Shown one piece after another: positions 26,964 through 33,183 of a DNA stretch of 35,031 bases. Under the pieces are notes generated by a model. It did no database searches. It was not told where the DNA came from and worked only from the letters and a program-made list of their open reading frames with translations. A program made the translations under genes and the position numbers. Each line of letters opens with the position of its first letter. The first letter of the stretch is position 1. Source of the DNA: Ignavibacteriota bacterium (GTDB lineage: Bacteria > Bacteroidota > Ignavibacteria > Palsa-1295); NCBI GenBank assembly GCA_025357895.1, contig JANYLL010000084.1, forward strand, positions 1-35,031, given 5' to 3'.

Positions 26964-29900
26964 TTTTTAAACTTCATGATCTTCATTGCAGATTTATCAA
27001 TGTTCGATTTTTCGCCGGCGCTTCCGACGAAAAATTGTTTTTGCACCCAAGGCGAACCGATAGGAATCATCTCCTGAAATTTTTCACCTTGCACAAAATT
27101 GATATTGTAATAATTGTGATCGATCAAATGATATGTATCGGAAAAATTACCGAGATACAATCCATTGAAGTAGTTCAGCCAACTTGCATTATTATTGATC
27201 CAATCGTCTTTGCCATAGAGATATGAATCTTCATCGTTCGTCGCTCCGTTCGAATAATCGAGCATTACCATTTTCGATTTGAACCAGACGGCAAAATAAT
27301 CGTCAGGGATCCACTCCGTATGTTTGTAGGCGAGTTTCAAAGTATATTGAATACTGCCGAACATGATCGAACTTTTGAATGACTTCATCGAAGAAAATTT
27401 ACTTGACGATGATGGAGACGGAGCAGAAGAGATCGATAACTTCGAATCCGGTTTCGATACATACTGGACTGATTGCTGCTCCGAACTGTAATTATAAAAC
27501 GTCGGCCAGCCAAAAAAGAAAGCAAATTTATCCGTTCGAGGACCATCCCATATACCATTCCATACCATCGTCCAATAATGATCGTAAATATTCGGATATA
27601 CCCAATTTTTGTACCAAGCCTCTCTTACACTTGGAGCACGTGGTATTATGTATTGCGGACGGTAATCGGTCCAGAAAGATTTCGTCAAAGTTGCAGGTTG
27701 CATATCATAGATATCCCAACCTTCATTCGAATGATAATTCGCTGTGACCGCTTCATGATCTCCCCAATATTTATAATAATCAGTTGAAAGCCAGGAAAGC
27801 TGACTTACTTTATCAGCTACCGTATTATATTTACTCGTCCTGAAATAGAGACTGAAAAGTTCTTTTTCATTTTTGCTGACAGCCGTCGATTTCAGTTTAT
27901 TCGTTGTCATGCTTACAGTCGATGACGTGGTGTTCGTTCTCGATTGTGCAGCTGCGCTGCCGATACTCGATACAGTCTTCGATGCAGCATTGTTTTGCAA
28001 GGCAGCGATAGAGAATGATGTCGCAGCAAATATTGATCCGGGCTCTTTTCGAACGATCTGAAATATATAATTCTGTTCATTAGTCAGGCTCGGCAAATGA
28101 TAATAGATATATCTTCCGCTTGGTGTTGCACTGGTTTCCAGCGGCGGTCCGATTCCTCCCCCATTTCCGTTTACCGGTGTGAAACGGGCAACATACGTCC
28201 CGGGCATATCAAAAAGATATGATTGACTCTTCCACTCTTTCACAAATCCATTGATATGCTCACTCTGCAGTAAATAGCGCTGACCGTCTAAAGGTATAGT
28301 ATAGATGACATTACTCTTATCCACATAATCCGGACGAGGACCGGTCTTGAACTCACACGATGTATCTTGTGTGATCGCTGATTTATTCCGTTTTAATGCC
28401 GGGCTCCAACTTCCGCTGATGAGCTCTTCGCCATGAACTTTTACACGGCTGCGAAGCCATGTATATTCCGGAAATGTTTCTGTAGAAAGAAATCCTATGC
28501 TGTTGAGATCACTTGAAACTTTCCAATCTCCTGCTATACGAGCGTTATTATCTTTACGCTCTACGAAATAATCGTCAACGATGAGGCGGAATGTGCGTAT
28601 TCTGGTATTTCCATTACCATCAGTATAGGAATATTCATGTGGCTCATCAACCGATACGTTGAACCCGGCCTGAGGCGCGGCGAAGACACTTTGGTCTGTA
28701 CCGGTCGGATTCATATCCGATACAAAGTTCATCGAAAAAGGACTTTCACTCGAAACAACGCATTTATCCCCAAGTTCAAAGCTGAAACTACAGTTACCCT
28801 TTATGAGTCCATTTAAAATATTATAATGACCTCCTACAGTGCCCTCAACCCAAATGGGATTCGGTGCCATCACAATACATCGGGCGCCTGCACCAATATC
28901 AAGGATCGTAAAGTCATCATCATAAAAAAGTACATCAACATGCAAACCGATCGCACCGCTGACATAAGCATAAAGCTGGCCCATTGCATACCATCCATTA
29001 ATACCCGGAGGTTTGCCCGTATTATCGCAGAGTTTTGTCGGATCATGTGTTAAGGCAACATCAAATCCATACCCAAGTGAGAACTGTGCAAAGAATATAA
29101 GGAAGCGCTGCTTCCCTGTATTGATGCTCATGCTTGCGCCCATTGCAAATCCTTCCGTCGTTCCTCCGGAAATAGGCATGTGGACAGTCGGCAACGGACT
29201 TCCGATCGCTTCTTCAATATCTGACTTATGTTCGAAACTATTAAAATCCGGAGCAGGGATATCGGTGCCTGCCATGAGGTAGGCATCTACTTGTGCTAAG
29301 GTGAGGAGTTCAAGTTTTATTCGTTTATCAGGTGTTCCAATAAGTAAGTGCCAATTCGTTTGATCGATATGAAAATTCATCCATCCGGAAGCATAAAAAA
29401 TAGATTTAAAACTCTTATTGGTATTAAAGCCGATATTTGCATCGAAGATCTGGTTGACAAAATCATAAGAAAGATTAACGGTCAGAAACATCAAGGCATT
29501 ATCTCTATCCATAATAGATTTACAGATCAGCCAGCCGCTTCCTTGAATTCCGAGCATACCGAGTCCGCCGCCTGAAGTGAATTGTGCTGAGATCAGCACA
29601 TCGGCATTAAAAAGTACTGGTGAGGGAAACGTACCAAAACTTAACCCTGCGGCAATGCCGAAAGCGATACTGGAATTTGGAGTATAGGTAACACCGGAAT
29701 TTGATTTGCCCGGCTGATCGCTTGCATCCGCCGGTACTGCCATCGGATCCTTTCCTGATGTTCCGGCATGAAGATCGAAGGTTGGCAATTTTTTATCCAT
29801 GTGGTACCATACGCCGCCAAGGAATCCGTAAATACCTACGCCGGTCGAACCTATCGGAATGCCTGCATCAAGAAGAACACCTCCATCAATATACCAATAT

Positions 29901-32900
29901 CTATATCCGTTGACTGCTCCGAACTGTGCCGTAACATGAGCAGTAAGCAGTTTTGCAATTGTTGCAGTTATCGCCCCTTTGAATCCATCTCCATAGGTTG
30001 CATCGCTTTTATAAATATCTATTTGCCCTTTTATGCTTACGGCGCCGATATCTCCGCTAACTTTTACCTGATTGAGCTGGAATCCACCAAATTCAAACAT
30101 GGAGCCGCCGGTTGAGCGCGTGCCTATCTTGCCACAGACAGTAAGATTTGTCGAAGCAGAGAATGAACTTGTTTCGCCAGTTAATGCAAGATCAAAATCG
30201 AATGAGATACCCGCCCCTGGTGTCGCATCACAACCCGCTACTAATTTTAGATTCGAAATGCTGATCGGAAATCCGGAAACGGAATGATCCGGTGAAGCAA
30301 AGGACCACGACTTACACGTTATTCCTGTTTTCGTGGAGAACTCAAGATGCTCGAATTTAATACCCGCAAGATCTACTTTTAGCGATGAGCCTTTCTTTTC
30401 GTCATCTAATTTTCCGAGCGTTATTTTTCCGCTAATATCGGCATAAGCTTCGAAATCTGTTTTCGCGCCGCCTTTTAATCCGATGACCGATGTTTTTTCT
30501 ATTGTTGCAGTTGCGATCCAGAGTGGAATATTAATATCAGTATGGGGTGTGATTGTAAATGCATATTGCAAACCTGCATCTTTAACATTCAGAAGCGTTG
30601 CCCGATAATCAAGACCTGAATCAGTGATCGGCATGAGAATCTTCCCGCTCAAGAAAGCCTGAGTCATACTACTTGCTACAAAATCCAATCCGATTGTATC
30701 AAGGCTTGCACCCCATGAGCCGAAATCACCATCTCCAAGTTGTAAGATATGCAAAGCCCGAATACTTGCGCTGAAACCCATCTTATCTATTATGAGGCTC
30801 TTAACTGAGATCGAAGGCGGCTTTCCATCTTTGAATGTCTTGAGGGCTTTCGGAAGACGGATAACTGCGCTATCCATATAAAATCCATTCCAAGTCAATC
30901 CTTTATCTCCGCCATATCCATTAGGAAATTTTATTCCGGCAGGATTTTCAATATCCGATTCATCAAGCACGAGCTTTGAAACTTTGAACACAAAATCGGG
31001 CGCTGCAGCAGGAGCAAAATTCGGCATACTTCCCGTCAGCATCCAGTTACCTGCTTTCTTGAAATTTCCTACAAACCTTGCAATGACTTTCTTAGATATG
31101 TCATCGATAGGCTCATCTTTAATAGGATCGATAGGCACAAGCCAGTCACGCGGGAATATTGCTTCTGCGACAATATTAAATTCCTGAAAACCTTTGCAAT
31201 CCCACCGTATGAACGTGCCGGTATCCGGTCCGCCTTTGAAATGAAATTCGAAAGAGCCAACATTGGAAAATCCGAGATCGGCAGCCAGATACACCTTTGC
31301 TGTTCCATCGCCGCCGAGACCATCAGGAGAGATACAAACATCTTTCGCACCAAGGGCAAGTTTTTCTCCGGCGCCAAGGAACGGCAGATCGATCGAAGAG
31401 ACGGCATTGATACTTGCTTTTGTGGGAGTAAAAACAGCTCCGATAATTCCAAGAGTAACATGCTCACCTCCGCCTAAATCTTTATCAATTCCAAATGGCA
31501 ATTTGAATGGAATTCCGGTGAAATTATCAATTGTCTGGCTAAGTGAAGCTTTATGTGCCTTAAGTAAATCATCTTTTGTAAGTGAAGTGCCCTTATCTAA
31601 GTTATCAGCAACCTCATCTGCTATACTCACTGAAGGATCAACTACCCCCAAAGCATTACCATCATAGACTTCATTCTTAGAATTTACTTTAAGTCCGGAA
31701 AACTTAACCGCTAATTTTATTGACTTTAAATACGGAATCTCAACTGAGCCATCACCTGATAAACCTGACCCGCCGCCTGAAGCAGTCTTTAATGTTAAAT
31801 GAAATTTTCCAAGGGTTAGTATATCACCCGATTTGAACGATCCGCCCGATGGAGTCTTATCTGATGGAAGCGACGCTGTACAATCTCCTTTACATGCGCC
31901 TGATGCTGTGTCTTTTTTTGTAAGAGTCGAATCTTTCGATGTAGAATCTTTTTTAGTTATTATAGAATCCTTCAAAGAATCTTTAGGATTCTTATTCCCA
32001 TTATTTCTATTAGCGCTGCCATACGTGAAACTGCATGCCGAGCTATATCCGTCATTACGGATGCTCGTAGATTTTTGCGGGTCAATTGCCCGAACACGCC
32101 AGGCATAACTATTTCCAGGGATTAGCGCAGGCTCGGATGGTCCATAGGTAAAGATCGAAGTGCTCTGCGTTGTCTGGAAAAACGGATTTCCCATAAATGA
32201 TTTGAACGCGGCTTCAGGCTGCTGATTTCCTTTCAGATCGATCAGTGAGAATTCATATTGCGGACTACTTCCTGAAAGTGCGATTGGCGTCCATTGAAAT
32301 TGCACGAGCTGCGGATTTACTGGAGAAACGATGCTGCTGCAAGCCGGATTAATAGTCTGCGGAGGATCGACATACGCAATGTTAAAAGTCTTACAATCTT
32401 GATTCGATAGCTGAATATTAGGATTGTTATAATCAACAACTTGAACGCAAATCCGGTACGTGCCTTCAGGAAGCATCTTCGTCCTAATGATCGTATTCTT
32501 ATCACCTCCGGTTACATCAACAGAGCCGGCATCATTGATCGGAAAATCGTTTAAGTTTAATGGAAGAGATGCATTCGGTCCGATGAGAATAGGTCTTCCG
32601 GCATAATTTTTCTTGATCGTGATCGTCGTTCCACCACCGAGTTTTTCTGCGAAACCTGCGAAGCGTACTTGGTAAGACTTTTGAGAAGTATTGACAAGGA
32701 CAATAATGAGTTGATTTGGATTGGATGACCATCGTGATAGATCAGCGGGTACAGGTTGTGAAACCGTAATATTGCAAATGATGGGAGTTGGCTGTGCTTT
32801 AAGATTCGATGCAACCAGGACAATAAAAAGCACTCCGATAAATAATGATCGGATAATGACTTCAACACTCTTCCTCACAGGCAACTCTTTCTGAATAAAC

Positions 32901-32902
32901 AT
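26960..32902 (-). CDS. Giant (1980 aa) exported protein of unknown family
   Basis: An uninterrupted 5.9-kb ORF with AAGGAG 6 nt upstream of the ATG. The N-terminal signal/anchor is SLFIGVLFIVLVASNLKAQ. Two Cys-containing beta-sandwich-like modules are followed by a K/D/S/T linker and long strand-rich regions. No catalytic motif, T9SS CTD or lipobox was recognised. Confidence 0.85.
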   Translation of the reverse strand: MFIQKELPVRKSVEVIIRSLFIGVLFIVLVASNLKAQPTPIICNITVSQPVPADLSRWSSNPNQLIIVLVNTSQKSYQVRFAGFAEKLGGGTTITIKKNYAGRPILIGPNASLPLNLNDFPINDAGSVDVTGGDKNTIIRTKMLPEGTYRICVQVVDYNNPNIQLSNQDCKTFNIAYVDPPQTINPACSSIVSPVNPQLVQFQWTPIALSGSSPQYEFSLIDLKGNQQPEAAFKSFMGNPFFQTTQSTSIFTYGPSEPALIPGNSYAWRVRAIDPQKSTSIRNDGYSSACSFTYGSANRNNGNKNPKDSLKDSIITKKDSTSKDSTLTKKDTASGACKGDCTASLPSDKTPSGGSFKSGDILTLGKFHLTLKTASGGGSGLSGDGSVEIPYLKSIKLAVKFSGLKVNSKNEVYDGNALGVVDPSVSIADEVADNLDKGTSLTKDDLLKAHKASLSQTIDNFTGIPFKLPFGIDKDLGGGEHVTLGIIGAVFTPTKASINAVSSIDLPFLGAGEKLALGAKDVCISPDGLGGDGTAKVYLAADLGFSNVGSFEFHFKGGPDTGTFIRWDCKGFQEFNIVAEAIFPRDWLVPIDPIKDEPIDDISKKVIARFVGNFKKAGNWMLTGSMPNFAPAAAPDFVFKVSKLVLDESDIENPAGIKFPNGYGGDKGLTWNGFYMDSAVIRLPKALKTFKDGKPPSISVKSLIIDKMGFSASIRALHILQLGDGDFGSWGASLDTIGLDFVASSMTQAFLSGKILMPITDSGLDYRATLLNVKDAGLQYAFTITPHTDINIPLWIATATIEKTSVIGLKGGAKTDFEAYADISGKITLGKLDDEKKGSSLKVDLAGIKFEHLEFSTKTGITCKSWSFASPDHSVSGFPISISNLKLVAGCDATPGAGISFDFDLALTGETSSFSASTNLTVCGKIGTRSTGGSMFEFGGFQLNQVKVSGDIGAVSIKGQIDIYKSDATYGDGFKGAITATIAKLLTAHVTAQFGAVNGYRYWYIDGGVLLDAGIPIGSTGVGIYGFLGGVWYHMDKKLPTFDLHAGTSGKDPMAVPADASDQPGKSNSGVTYTPNSSIAFGIAAGLSFGTFPSPVLFNADVLISAQFTSGGGLGMLGIQGSGWLICKSIMDRDNALMFLTVNLSYDFVNQIFDANIGFNTNKSFKSIFYASGWMNFHIDQTNWHLLIGTPDKRIKLELLTLAQVDAYLMAGTDIPAPDFNSFEHKSDIEEAIGSPLPTVHMPISGGTTEGFAMGASMSINTGKQRFLIFFAQFSLGYGFDVALTHDPTKLCDNTGKPPGINGWYAMGQLYAYVSGAIGLHVDVLFYDDDFTILDIGAGARCIVMAPNPIWVEGTVGGHYNILNGLIKGNCSFSFELGDKCVVSSESPFSMNFVSDMNPTGTDQSVFAAPQAGFNVSVDEPHEYSYTDGNGNTRIRTFRLIVDDYFVERKDNNARIAGDWKVSSDLNSIGFLSTETFPEYTWLRSRVKVHGEELISGSWSPALKRNKSAITQDTSCEFKTGPRPDYVDKSNVIYTIPLDGQRYLLQSEHINGFVKEWKSQSYLFDMPGTYVARFTPVNGNGGGIGPPLETSATPSGRYIYYHLPSLTNEQNYIFQIVRKEPGSIFAATSFSIAALQNNAASKTVSSIGSAAAQSRTNTTSSTVSMTTNKLKSTAVSKNEKELFSLYFRTSKYNTVADKVSQLSWLSTDYYKYWGDHEAVTANYHSNEGWDIYDMQPATLTKSFWTDYRPQYIIPRAPSVREAWYKNWVYPNIYDHYWTMVWNGIWDGPRTDKFAFFFGWPTFYNYSSEQQSVQYVSKPDSKLSISSAPSPSSSSKFSSMKSFKSSIMFGSIQYTLKLAYKHTEWIPDDYFAVWFKSKMVMLDYSNGATNDEDSYLYGKDDWINNNASWLNYFNGLYLGNFSDTYHLIDHNYYNINFVQGEKFQEMIPIGSPWVQKQFFVGSAGEKSNIDKSAMKIMKFKK

Positions 32903-32908
32903 TTCTCA

Positions 32909-32914
32909 CTCCTT
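32909..32914 (-). promoter_or_regulatory. Shine-Dalgarno (AAGGAG) of the giant gene
   Basis: The minus strand reads GCAAAGGAGTGAGAAATG, so AGGAG is spaced 6 nt from the ATG at 32902. Confidence 0.6.
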
Positions 32915-32983
32915 TGCAAAAACACACACAGGCAAATAACCTTTTATTTCCACAGGAGCCATAATTTCCGTCTGGGTGTGTTA

Positions 32984-32991
32984 CAAATATA
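32984..32991 (-). promoter_or_regulatory. Candidate TAnnTTTG -7 element upstream of the giant gene
   Basis: The minus strand reads TATATTTG, 81 nt before the ATG in the 281-nt divergent spacer. Motif match only. Confidence 0.3.
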
Positions 32992-33183
32992 CAACAAAAT
33001 TACGTGAAGCCGCCAATAAAATTGAAATATTTTTTGTTGTAACTTAACCTGTCAATCCCTACTTCGTTTAGCTAAAATCCCAATATCCCCCCTATCCTTA
33101 GGAATGACAGACCACTTCTTGCTGTTATCGCCCCGCGCAACGGCAAAAACTGATAGCTGTTCGCTGTTAAATATTACCTATAA

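Noticed and set aside
27035-32108. Many 60-134-aa plus-strand ORFs (for example 27379-27747, 29768-30115, 31263-31667) and minus-strand off-frame ORFs (31069-31467, 32557-32868) inside the giant gene
   Set aside because: All are nested in or antisense to a single uninterrupted 5.9-kb ORF. None has a signal, motif or RBS. They are most simply shadow ORFs.
32922-32930. Short CA dinucleotide run (ACACACACA) in the giant-gene leader as a phase-variable microsatellite
   Set aside because: With only about 4.5 units it is too short for appreciable slippage. It is better explained as one arm of the imperfect inverted repeat noted in the findings.
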